Origin: an uncultured delta proteobacterium
Lineage (GTDB): Bacteria > Desulfobacterota > Binatia > UBA9968
Assembly: GCA_963804165.1 (NCBI GenBank)
Contig: CAWDPO010000025.1
Span: forward strand, 96,001-160,000
Direction of reading: 5' to 3'
Length of the DNA stretch: 64,000 bases
A model generated the notes under the pieces. That model was not told the origin of the DNA and did no database searches. It saw only the letters and a list, made by a program, of their open reading frames with translations. Made by a program: the position numbers and the translations under genes. Below are positions 50,566-59,869 of this stretch, piece after piece (within the stretch, counting starts at the first letter, position 1; each line of letters opens with the position of its first letter).

Positions 50566-50849
50566 ATTTTTTTCGGACCCAACCCGATGGCTGAACGCTT
50601 AGCACAATCGCCGGCGAAGTGAGTATCTAAGGTGACTTATCTGAGGACGAACTGTTTGACCACCAATTAACGGAGCGATTCTCGATTTGATTAGGAATGC
50701 GGTTCAGTTCGGTCGTGTGCGTATAACTTTCTGGGACTTTCCCAGCAGCACCCGACGTATTGCTGAGCCCACACGGGATTGGCAGCACCACACATTGATG
50801 CGACCCCATGTGTCACGACGCAATGGCTCGTCGACAATCTGTAGGGCAT

Positions 50850-52400
50850 CTAGGTGGAGAGCGATAACGGTCGCCCTTCAAACCACTCCGGCAGCGGTAC
50901 GTTTAGCAGTGACAGAACTGTCGGGGCGATATCCAATACGTCACGTTGGATGCTGCATACGCCGGGCCGCACTCCCGGCCCCAAAATCCAGAGTCGGGAC
51001 TCTGTCGTATGATCACCGGTTCTCGGGTATCCGGGGTAATTGATGGCAACTCGAACCAAGCCGACCGAGTCGGAAAGACACTGCTCGAGCGGCCCGAGGT
51101 CAGTACGAAACACGACCATGATATCGGGGACGTCTTCATGGTGGTCGCTGCCAAAGATTTCGGTGGCTGTCACGACCTCATCAACTATAGGCTGGTCCGT
51201 CCGTGGGTCTTTGAGAGCTCGCAGCTCCCGCGTTACCATCTCGACCAACCGTTCAGCTTCCGGGCCTGGTTCAACACACCCGAACGGTTCTCGTCCTTTC
51301 AGATTCAGGCGAATTGCGCCGCAGCGGTTGTTGATCAACGATGTGGCTCGGGTGTTTGGTGACTCCAGAGGGTCGAGCAAACTGCCGGTAGCCTCTTGAA
51401 TCCGCTTCAAGGGCCATATCTCGAGCATCGGCCTCAGTAACGGGTGCAACTTTTTCGGCATGTGCAACGCGTTCGCCTTAGCCCGGCGCATGCAACGTGC
51501 AAATGCAGTATCGCCACCCGACGTCAGCCCCAGGCGCGCCATTACCTCCGGCAGCATCTGTGGACCACCGATATAGGGCCCCATGCCATGACTCGTGAAA
51601 ATCAAGATGATCGTGTCAGGGGACGCAGCACTGAGGAGTGCCCCCACGCCGCTGTCGATTCGCTCATACACCGACCTGAGCCCCGACTTCAGATGCGCCG
51701 GCGCATCGGGATCGTGCGAAGGGGACGCCGGGTCGTGAAAATGCCACAGCTGATGTCCCGTACAGTGCGCCTCACCAAAGGTGCACGTAAACAAATCCCA
51801 CGACTCCCGCGCAAATAGGTCAACCAACAACTCTGATTTTTTTGCGATGCCTTTCAACAGCCGATGCAACAGCTGCTCGTAACCGTCTCTCGTCCCACCG
51901 TGAGCATCGCAAGAACGTGTCGGATGACCCGGGTGCATTCCATATCGGCTTCGAATCTCGTCTGCCAAACTCGGGGGATCGGTTGCAAAGCCGTAAGTCG
52001 GGTCGTGGAGTCCCCATTCGACCACCTGGATCCCGTTGAAACTTGGTGCGAGCACGGTCTGTACTTGGTCGATAACAGCAACTCTACGTCCCGACCGGCC
52101 GGCGACTGTCCAATAGAAATGCTCAGTGTTCAACTCGTCCGGTGCAACCGGGCGGCGACGCGCCTCTCCCGTATGCAATTGCCGCGGGTGAAAATACAAT
52201 GGGAGTTTGCCGGCGCTCTCGCCGCTGGTAATCTCGGGCCAGATGGTGCCTGGCAGCGTACGCATCGGGTTTCGCAGCCTATATTTGCGGCCTACGGACT
52301 CAATCCTTGCGAAATTGGGCAAGCTACCGTCATCCGCCCATTGTTCCAAAAGACACGCCTCGCCCGCATCGATTCCGATCACAAGAAGTTTGGCAGTCAT
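50850..52400 (-). CDS. Alkaline phosphatase superfamily / type I phosphodiesterase-like protein
   Basis: VIGIDAG, LPNF, WPEITSG, HCTGHQLWH, SHGMG, NLKGREPFG, TGDH, DIAPTVL. Confidence 0.85.
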   Translation of the reverse strand: MTAKLLVIGIDAGEACLLEQWADDGSLPNFARIESVGRKYRLRNPMRTLPGTIWPEITSGESAGKLPLYFHPRQLHTGEARRRPVAPDELNTEHFYWTVAGRSGRRVAVIDQVQTVLAPSFNGIQVVEWGLHDPTYGFATDPPSLADEIRSRYGMHPGHPTRSCDAHGGTRDGYEQLLHRLLKGIAKKSELLVDLFARESWDLFTCTFGEAHCTGHQLWHFHDPASPSHDPDAPAHLKSGLRSVYERIDSGVGALLSAASPDTIILIFTSHGMGPYIGGPQMLPEVMARLGLTSGGDTAFARCMRRAKANALHMPKKLHPLLRPMLEIWPLKRIQEATGSLLDPLESPNTRATSLINNRCGAIRLNLKGREPFGCVEPGPEAERLVEMVTRELRALKDPRTDQPIVDEVVTATEIFGSDHHEDVPDIMVVFRTDLGPLEQCLSDSVGLVRVAINYPGYPRTGDHTTESRLWILGPGVRPGVCSIQRDVLDIAPTVLSLLNVPLPEWFEGRPLSLST

Positions 52401-53758
52401 GCCTGTGTGCTCCGCGCCGGTTTTCCGAATTTTTTTATAGCCGAATCGTACACATCCAAATACTGCTGTGTCTCTTGGCAGATATCATAGTCGCGCAGAG
52501 CCTTTGCCCGCGCTTTCTCGCCCATTTCACGCCAAGTTGACCGGTTCATGATGCACTCGGTTAACCCTGAAGCAAACGCATCGATTGAGAACGCCGGCGC
52601 CACGAGGCCGGTCTCACCGTCGGTGACGACGTCGGTCATTCCACCGATCGCAAACGTCACGCACGGCCTGCCGCATGCCATACCCTCTATGGCAACGTTG
52701 GGAAGCACCTCGTTCATCGATGGAATGGCAACCACGTCAGCCGCACTATAGTAGAGTGCGATCGTTTCATCATCATGCACGTGACCCGCAAAATGGATAT
52801 CGATTCCGGCAGCCGCGGCTTGGTGGGAAAACTTGGAACCAATCACAAGCAGTCGAACGTCTTGTGCTGGATACCGGTGTCGTATGCGTTGCATCGCCTC
52901 CAACAGGAACGGCCCCCCTTTCCGCGGATCCTCCAGTCCCTTGATTGCGGCCATCAGCACATATTTCGGTGTCTGTGGCAGACGCAATAGGTCGCGGGCA
53001 AGACTTTGTTCGATGGGACGAAATACCTCAACATCTATTCCGTTCGGAACAACTCGAACATCGACGTCACGAAATACGAAACTTTCTCGGGCACGATCGG
53101 CGAGCCACGAAGTAGGGCAGACAACTACAAGCGGTAATTTGCTGAACGCGTGTCTTTTGGCGCGCACAAGCAATCGTGAAATGTCATAAGGTCGTTGGGA
53201 GCCCAGCTGTGGACATGACCCACAACGGACTCGATACGCATCACAGTGGCCGGTGTAATGACACCCGCCGGTAAAAGCCCACATGTCGTGCAGTGTCCAT
53301 ATTATGGGAACGGCGAAACGGCGCAGCTTCCAGAAGGGTAAGAAGTCACTCGCTATCCAATGGAGATGAATCAGGTCGGGGGCGGTTCCGGGCTCGCCCA
53401 GGTGGCGCCTGCCCGGGAATACTCCGATGGAAAACGCGGAAGTATCCCTCTTTCGATAGCCAGCGAGAACAAGATCGCCTAAGGAAGGTCGAACAAGCGC
53501 CAGACCTTTGCCGAATCTCGATCGTGGGCCATGGACCGTGACGTCATCACTGTCTTTAACGCCGACCACCAATTCCGATGTTACGCCGGCGCGTAGGAGC
53601 GCCCTGTGCAAGCGTTGAGTTGCGCGCGCGGCACCCCCATAAGATTCATAGTAACTATAGCCGTGCACCCGAAGCGGCATGCCATTCCACCTAACAGTCT
53701 CAGTCCGGGCGTTTTCGGACTGACTGCCCATGGACCACGCTGTTTTCCCGACGAACAT
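52397..53758 (-). CDS. Glycosyltransferase family 4 (WcaC-like); start uncertain
   Basis: GGAARA, IHLHW, WTLHDMWAFTGGCHY, PNGID, RKGG, EVLPNVAIEGMACG. Confidence 0.9.
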   Translation of the reverse strand: MFVGKTAWSMGSQSENARTETVRWNGMPLRVHGYSYYESYGGAARATQRLHRALLRAGVTSELVVGVKDSDDVTVHGPRSRFGKGLALVRPSLGDLVLAGYRKRDTSAFSIGVFPGRRHLGEPGTAPDLIHLHWIASDFLPFWKLRRFAVPIIWTLHDMWAFTGGCHYTGHCDAYRVRCGSCPQLGSQRPYDISRLLVRAKRHAFSKLPLVVVCPTSWLADRARESFVFRDVDVRVVPNGIDVEVFRPIEQSLARDLLRLPQTPKYVLMAAIKGLEDPRKGGPFLLEAMQRIRHRYPAQDVRLLVIGSKFSHQAAAAGIDIHFAGHVHDDETIALYYSAADVVAIPSMNEVLPNVAIEGMACGRPCVTFAIGGMTDVVTDGETGLVAPAFSIDAFASGLTECIMNRSTWREMGEKARAKALRDYDICQETQQYLDVYDSAIKKFGKPARSTQA

Positions 53759-53811
53759 TACCGCAGCCTCTCTTCTAAACCGCGACAGATTACCTGTGCT
53801 TGATACCTGCT

Positions 53812-54699
53812 CTAGTCCACTACGCTATGATAAAACCGCTGCAAACGCCGCATCGCTCTTTCACCCAGCAGCAGACGCGTAACCTGCCGAGCAAACTCTT
53901 CAGCATAAACGACGGCCGGAACAGGAGGGCCTAGACGTATAGTCTGGCGATTGCGTATCCGGAGACGTTCCGAGGCGACTGTCGTAACGTTTTTAACTTG
54001 CATCGACATGCCACCTTGACGCCACGCGGCAACTGTAATGCCGGGCATATACTGCGGGGGATGCTCCCAAATGAGTCGTGAAAGAAATTCATAATCCCCC
54101 ATGATTCTAAAGGTCTCGTCAAACAAACCATAGCGGCGAAACAGGCTCTCGTGATGAAAGACTCCTTGATGAGGCAGTGCCATCGTTCGACGCATTCTCC
54201 TTTCTAGCTGTACCCACCGATCGCCGATGACGGAAATCACTTCACCCTTACGATCGGTGGCGGCTACATTGCCGTAGACCACGAGGTGCCGTGGATAGGC
54301 GCTTTGCAGGTACGGAACGATGTGCTCAAGCGTTTGCGCCGACCAGAGGTAGTCATCGGCACCGAGAAACAGTATCCATTGTCCAGTGATATGCTTCAGA
54401 GCTGCATTCCAGGCTTGACAGACGCCGTGGTCCTTCGCGCTTTGCCAATAGTTGATCAATGAGCCTCGTTCGCGCAGCAGATCCAAAGTCGAATCTTCTG
54501 AGCCCCCGTCCATGACGACGACCTCCCACTCCCGAAACTGTTGGCAGAGAATACTGTCGAGACATTGCTCCAACGTACTGGCGGCATTTCGACTGGCGAT
54601 AACGATGCTGATTAAGGGGCGAGCTCGAGTCGAATGGTCGCCTACATTCGAATAACGAAGCAGCTTCAAATGGTCGATCCTATCGGGCGATTCCGGCAT
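53812..54699 (-). CDS. Glycosyltransferase family 2 (WcaE-like)
   Basis: ISIVIAS, DGGSEDST, DHGVCQAWN, FLGADD, HQGVF, GDYEF. Confidence 0.9.
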   Translation of the reverse strand: MPESPDRIDHLKLLRYSNVGDHSTRARPLISIVIASRNAASTLEQCLDSILCQQFREWEVVVMDGGSEDSTLDLLRERGSLINYWQSAKDHGVCQAWNAALKHITGQWILFLGADDYLWSAQTLEHIVPYLQSAYPRHLVVYGNVAATDRKGEVISVIGDRWVQLERRMRRTMALPHQGVFHHESLFRRYGLFDETFRIMGDYEFLSRLIWEHPPQYMPGITVAAWRQGGMSMQVKNVTTVASERLRIRNRQTIRLGPPVPAVVYAEEFARQVTRLLLGERAMRRLQRFYHSVVD

Positions 54700-54854
54700 G
54701 GCGACTATGAGAGAAGGCGGCCCGGCGCTTTCCCTGGTAGAAGGGGAACGTATTCGATGACCCGGTCTTAGTCAACTTCGGCGCGAGTGCCAGAAGATCG
54801 ATACAAGGTGCCTCGATTGCGGTAGGTAAGATTGTTTCGGCGGAAATCTAACGC

Positions 54855-54942
54855 TCAGCAGGAGCAGCTCTTGAACTTTGCTGTTCCTCTATTAAATTTT
54901 CAAATATCGGCTGGAGCGCTCAGAAATTCCAAGGATAGAATG
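54855..54942 (+). repeat. Copy B of the 88-bp diverged intergenic direct repeat
   Basis: Ungapped match to 44925-45012. Confidence 0.85.
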
Positions 54943-55111
54943 CGAGCTTCATCTCGAGCACGGAAGGAAATGGGGATAGGAAACTAGTGCGATACGGATT
55001 GAGGGATCCGAGGGTCATTGACACCGAAGACCCAGATGCCACTGAGAGGTGAATGCATGAGTAAACTAACGAAGCCTACGGGTTGCGCCAATTCGGACAA
55101 CGCGAGGTCAA

Positions 55112-55585
55112 TTAGTCATCCTGCGGGCTCATAACGACCAAGGAAATTACCAGGGCAGAGAACCCGATTAACTGCAGACCGAAGCGCGTCACGTGTGAGT
55201 ACTCCCACTGTCTGCGCCACTCCGCCCAGTCCGGCGGAATCGAATCGACCGTCCACTTAGCTGTTTCCACATTAACGGGATTGGTGAAACCAAGCCACAC
55301 GACGAAGAATGTCACCGCCACGCACGCGGTCGCCGCTAGCGCGAGGTAAAAAGCCGCAGCGTGTTTACGCACGAGAAACGACAGGACGGCAGTCGAAACA
55401 ATCGCTCCTATCTCGATCGGCGCACCGATGTATGCGAAGTAAAGATAAAGCGTATGCTGGAAAGTCATCCAAAGAGGTCCATCGACATTCATCTTCGCCG
55501 GCATCTCTAGGGCGTGACCGACCGTTGTTCCCATAAGCAGCGCAACTAAGACGAGCGTGATGAAGTACCATATCCGTACGACCAT
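55112..55585 (-). CDS. DUF1772/anthrone-oxygenase-like membrane protein
   Basis: HALEMPAK, NPVN, PPDWAEWRRQWEYSH; four TM segments. Confidence 0.75.
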   Translation of the reverse strand: MVVRIWYFITLVLVALLMGTTVGHALEMPAKMNVDGPLWMTFQHTLYLYFAYIGAPIEIGAIVSTAVLSFLVRKHAAAFYLALAATACVAVTFFVVWLGFTNPVNVETAKWTVDSIPPDWAEWRRQWEYSHVTRFGLQLIGFSALVISLVVMSPQDD

Positions 55586-55644
55586 TTCTTGTCCTTCAGG
55601 AACTCAGCAGCGACATGCCTACCCGTGTCAGATCAACGCCAACG

Positions 55645-56137
55645 CTAAGATCCTTTCGAGACCGCGATCAGGAGCGCAATCAGGCTTACGCATGCGAACC
55701 CTGCCCGTGCGACGTGGGAATACTCCCAACGGTCGCGCAGCGTCGTCAGACGGTAGCTGAGTTCGATTGGCGCCGAATGAAAAAAAACCAGAAGCGAATT
55801 CGCCCAGGTTTTCGTGCTGCAACCAGAACTTGTTCACCGGATGGGTGAAGATCCAGTACACGGCGTGCATCACGACGAGACTCAGTAGGGCCACGAGCGT
55901 CAGCCAAAAAGTCAGAGTTCCTCGCGGGGTTAGCCATAAGAGTACCGCCGTCGCTATTAGCCCTCCAGGCTCGGCAACCCCTGCGGTGGTGAAACCGGGA
56001 TAGTAGATCCGCTGCACGACGAGGTATGCGGATTTGTCCAGCCTCAATTTCCCTGGCAGCTCGAGCGCATGCGCAAGCGAGGGAACCAACGCCAAAGTAA
56101 CCAGGAGGACCGCCAGCACCTGAAGAACATCAAGCAT
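55645..56137 (-). CDS. Second DUF1772-like membrane protein, frameshift near 55748
   Basis: AHALELPGK, THPVN; the shifted frame continues TTLRDRWEYSHVARAGF...KGS*. Confidence 0.72.
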
Positions 56138-56370
56138 TTTTACTTACCTTCGTCTTTCCTCGACTGAAAAACGCCGCTCCTTAGCGGTGGTCACTTGCTC
56201 GTCGTGCTCGTGCCGACGTCAATCGTCACGGCACGGAGACATTCTTCGCCTGCGCAAGCTCGGACGCTACGACTGAGCCAACCTGGTTTGAGGTTTACTC
56301 AAAGGCTCTTTGAATCGCCGAGTGGCAACAACCTCTGCACATTCGTGCTTACTTCACGGCCTGATCGAGA

Positions 56371-57222
56371 CTAAGCATCCGCCCCGACCTTAGGTCGCCA
56401 CTTATCGAATCTCCTCTCTATCTTGTCGATCATATCTGTAGCGATCATGCCGCTGAGAGCGAAAATTAAGACACCGACAAAAACCTTGTCGGTCTGGAAC
56501 GTCGCGCCGGCCACGGTGATCATAAATCCAATGCCCGCAGTAGCGGCATACAGCTCGCCAACCATGACACCAATGAGCGCCCTGCCGATCGCCAGCCGCA
56601 ATCCGGTCAGGATAAATGGAACCGTCGACGGCACCACCACGCTCTTAAATATTTGCCACTCCGAAGCGCCAAAGCTTCTCGCGGCGTTGAGGAGACTGAT
56701 CGGCGTGGTCTTCACGCCGTCTCGCGTGTTGATGATTAACGGAAATACCGCGCCGAGAAAAATAATGCCGACTTTGGAGAGAATGCCGATGCCCAACCAG
56801 ATAATGATCAGGGGCAATAGCGCAACGCGCGGCGTCGCGTTCATCGCGTTGACAAACGGATCACAGATATAGGCGAAGCGCTTGTACCAACCGATAGCGA
56901 TCCCAAACGGGACGCCGACCACGATCGACAGAAAATATCCCCAGCCGAACTCGATGCCGCTAACGCTAAGATCATTCCAGATCTCTCCCGAGCCGAATAG
57001 CTGCACGGCGGCTTTCCAGATGAGCGACGGCGCACTCATAAACATAGGATTAATAAGTTGAAACACATTTCCGACCAGTTCCCAGACGAGAAGAAATAGA
57101 CTTACCGACAGGGTTCCAAGAATCATTTTCTCATGGTTGAGGTAGAACTTATGAAGCTTGGAAGCCTCCGCTACCCTGACGTCCAATAGCACTTCTTCGG
57201 CAGCCATATTCTGGTCAGCCAT
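56371..57222 (-). CDS. ABC transporter permease (SsuC/TauC-like)
   Basis: PRVALLPL, NAARSFGAS EAA-like loop, GLRLAIG, GIGF; AAGGAGG RBS. Confidence 0.92.
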   Translation of the reverse strand: MADQNMAAEEVLLDVRVAEASKLHKFYLNHEKMILGTLSVSLFLLVWELVGNVFQLINPMFMSAPSLIWKAAVQLFGSGEIWNDLSVSGIEFGWGYFLSIVVGVPFGIAIGWYKRFAYICDPFVNAMNATPRVALLPLIIIWLGIGILSKVGIIFLGAVFPLIINTRDGVKTTPISLLNAARSFGASEWQIFKSVVVPSTVPFILTGLRLAIGRALIGVMVGELYAATAGIGFMITVAGATFQTDKVFVGVLIFALSGMIATDMIDKIERRFDKWRPKVGADA

Positions 57223-57411
57223 AGTCTTGCCCTCCTTTTCTTTGTGTCTTCGTCTTCTGCGGATTTACCATGAGGTCCACCATCAGCTTTTTTAGATCAT
57301 CACATGTAACTGCTCGGGGGTTGCCCGCGCGTGGGGTAAAACGCCGCTAGCCGAGGTACCGGAAACAAATTCCACAAATGGGCGTGGCCACGCGCCGACG
57401 TCAAAAAAATC

Positions 57412-57427
57412 CGCAAGACATATGCCA
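57412..57427 (-). promoter_or_regulatory. Sigma54 (-24/-12) promoter upstream of the ABC permease
   Basis: Minus strand TGGCATATGTCTTGCG = TGGCA-N6-TTGC; IHF-like TATCAGCAAGTTT lies about 40 bp further upstream. Confidence 0.6.
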
Positions 57428-57932
57428 AAACGCGATCAAGGACTCTAGTCAGCTGGAAGGGACGCAATATCAGCAAGTTTTCAACCCGTGGCGTTGCTCG
57501 AAAAGTGGCAGCTAAAAGCCCGTATCGTTGAGTTGTAGGATTTTCCCGATTATCCGATTATCAAAAATCCATACAGATGTGTGCCGCAAGCGGCAATTAT
57601 TTTCGCGGTACCTGTGGACCGTCTTGAGATCACATTTAGCGACGCGTGCACGTGGGCGATGACAACACTACACGGACTCGTTTGGAAAAAGATTTGCGTT
57701 CGATCTCAGTTGAAGCCTGGCCGAATCCTGGGGACGAAATACGCCGTGGGCGATGGCGGGTAACCCGTTAACCAACACGGCAGTCTTCACTGGACAAGAT
57801 CTGTTGGTAAAGTTTTTGGCAAGATCGACCTTGCAGGCGGTTTGGTTGAACGTGAGCTCCGTCTGAGATAGCCGGCGGGACGTGATGGCGACCACGCTTG
57901 TCGGCCAAAATCTGGCGGTGAGGTACGGACGA

Positions 57933-58083
57933 ATGAAGGCTTCATCTGAGATTGTCTCGTATTACGAGCGCTTTCCGGAAGAGTCACGTCTGCAAGTGGG
58001 GCGCGTTTCGCTTGGAGTTCGAGCGCACGAAAGAGATTCTTTCGCGCGTGCTGCCGAAGCCGCCGGCTCGCCTCATCGACGAT
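57933..58083 (+). pseudogene. 5' remnant of a class I SAM methyltransferase
   Basis: MKASSEIVSYYERFPEESRL/AFRLEFERTKEILSRVLPKPPARLID, frameshifted and ending where the D-x-G-x-G motif should begin. Confidence 0.55.
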
Positions 58084-58867
58084 TGTACGCAAAGTTTAAG
58101 ATGCGCGCGGCAAGTGCAACGAGTCGAATTCTGACGCCAAAGTTTCTGCCGGTCTGGTCCTTCCCACCTTTCGCCCGCAACGGAAAATAACACTCGATTC
58201 TCATACGTAATCTCGATTTAAGCATGGTTCAGTCCATTCCCGGGCTCGCCTGACCGAGGTCTGCACGAGACTGGCTGGGGTCAGGAGTGGGATGACCGCC
58301 AAGGCACCCCAAATCAGTAGAGTTTTTTGTGCAAATGAATCTGAACCGAACCCCGATTCAAAGGATCCGACCCGTTCAGGAACCGCCGATGGTGGACCCC
58401 GGCTCTCTGGCGTGAGCGTGGGCCCGGCGATAATAGTTTTTAAAGTTGTTCAATATTAGACAGAAATCCTGGCCGAGTTAGCATACCAGTAAATCCAAAA
58501 GGAAGAGGTGCCCCGAAATCTCGGATCAACAAAATGTTCAGCGATTTCAACTCCAATGCTGAGACAGAGGCAACGATGAGAAAATAGACATGCTGAAAAA
58601 ATCTGTTCAGATCATCGACCCCTTTCAGCACCGAGAAGAAGTATACGCAAGCGATATCTTAAAGACATATGAATTTGGGGAAGGATGATGGACTCAAGAC
58701 AGAGTTTAGTGTACGCGTTGTCTTGGGTCTGGGCTTCGGTGACAAAACTACCGAAGGCCGAACCAAGGAATTGGCGCGTAAAGGTTGAGTTCCACTAATT
58801 TAAACGCTGGATAGCATGTGACCGCGTGTGTGCCTGAGTTTAAGATAAAATCCCGACTGGACAATCC

Positions 58868-59698
58868 GTGAACGTAACTAGAGGCGAAATAACCGTCGGT
58901 AGGTTCCTGATTCCATACCGGCTCTTTGGTCAAGGTAGCCGAATCTTGGTCTGTGTGAACGGTGCCCAGCAAACCATGGCAGCATGGAGACCTGTCGTAA
59001 ACTATTTTTCAGAGGATTACAGGTTGTTGCTCTTCGATTTTCCCGGTCAGGGACGAGCTCAAATCATCTCTGGTTCTGCCGTTGTTACCTTGGATGAGCA
59101 GGTCGAGGTCTTACATCAAGTTCTAGCAGCACAAAATGCCCCTGAAAAATCGATCGTTGCCGGCGCCTCTTGGGGCGGGGTCGTGGTTGCAGCTTTTGCT
59201 TCGCGCTTTCCTCACTTGGTGGACAAAATTATATTGGCCAGTTTTGGCATCCGGGTAAACGAAAAGTTGGTGCAGGCGATTCGAGAAGGCCAACAATTGA
59301 ATGGAACTGCAACCGGGGAACAGGTGGCCGACGTCATCATCAAGTACTTCGGACAGCATCTAAACGAAACCTTCAAAAAGAGACTCTATGATCAATTTAA
59401 AAATATCAAAAAGGAGCATCTAGAGAATTTTCATGCGCATGGCCAGGTACTCAAGACGACCAAGCATATCAACGAAGTTGTCGACCTGCGTAGCATCAAA
59501 GCGCAAACACTCATCATCAATGGCGAAATGGATACCGTCATGGATTTCGACGATATTACGCTTGCGGCGGCCCAGATAGCGAATTGCGTGGTGAAAATCG
59601 TGCCGGGTGTGGGGCATTTCTTGCACAATGAGAGCGAGGATGTCCTGAGCATTTATAGAGATTTTCTTTCGATACCGTCCGAGCGCCAACTGAGCTAG
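58868..59698 (+). CDS. RhlA/PhaG-like alpha/beta hydrolase (acyltransferase)
   Basis: VCVNGAQQT, LFDFPGQG, ASWGG nucleophile elbow, INGEMD, GHFL..ES. Confidence 0.75.
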   Translation: MNVTRGEITVGRFLIPYRLFGQGSRILVCVNGAQQTMAAWRPVVNYFSEDYRLLLFDFPGQGRAQIISGSAVVTLDEQVEVLHQVLAAQNAPEKSIVAGASWGGVVVAAFASRFPHLVDKIILASFGIRVNEKLVQAIREGQQLNGTATGEQVADVIIKYFGQHLNETFKKRLYDQFKNIKKEHLENFHAHGQVLKTTKHINEVVDLRSIKAQTLIINGEMDTVMDFDDITLAAAQIANCVVKIVPGVGHFLHNESEDVLSIYRDFLSIPSERQLS

Positions 59699-59869
59699 CT
59701 TTATTTATTTCTTGAAATTGTAGGTTAGGAAAAGCCGCGGTCGGATCTTCTCGGAGCTCACCCGAGCTTGCAACCAAACCGTCAGGTTTCTGCTGATTCC
59801 TTTCGACGTAGCGCAGAGTAAGTCGATACTCATAGGGCTTTCTTCCCGTCTCAGTCCTTTCCACATACG

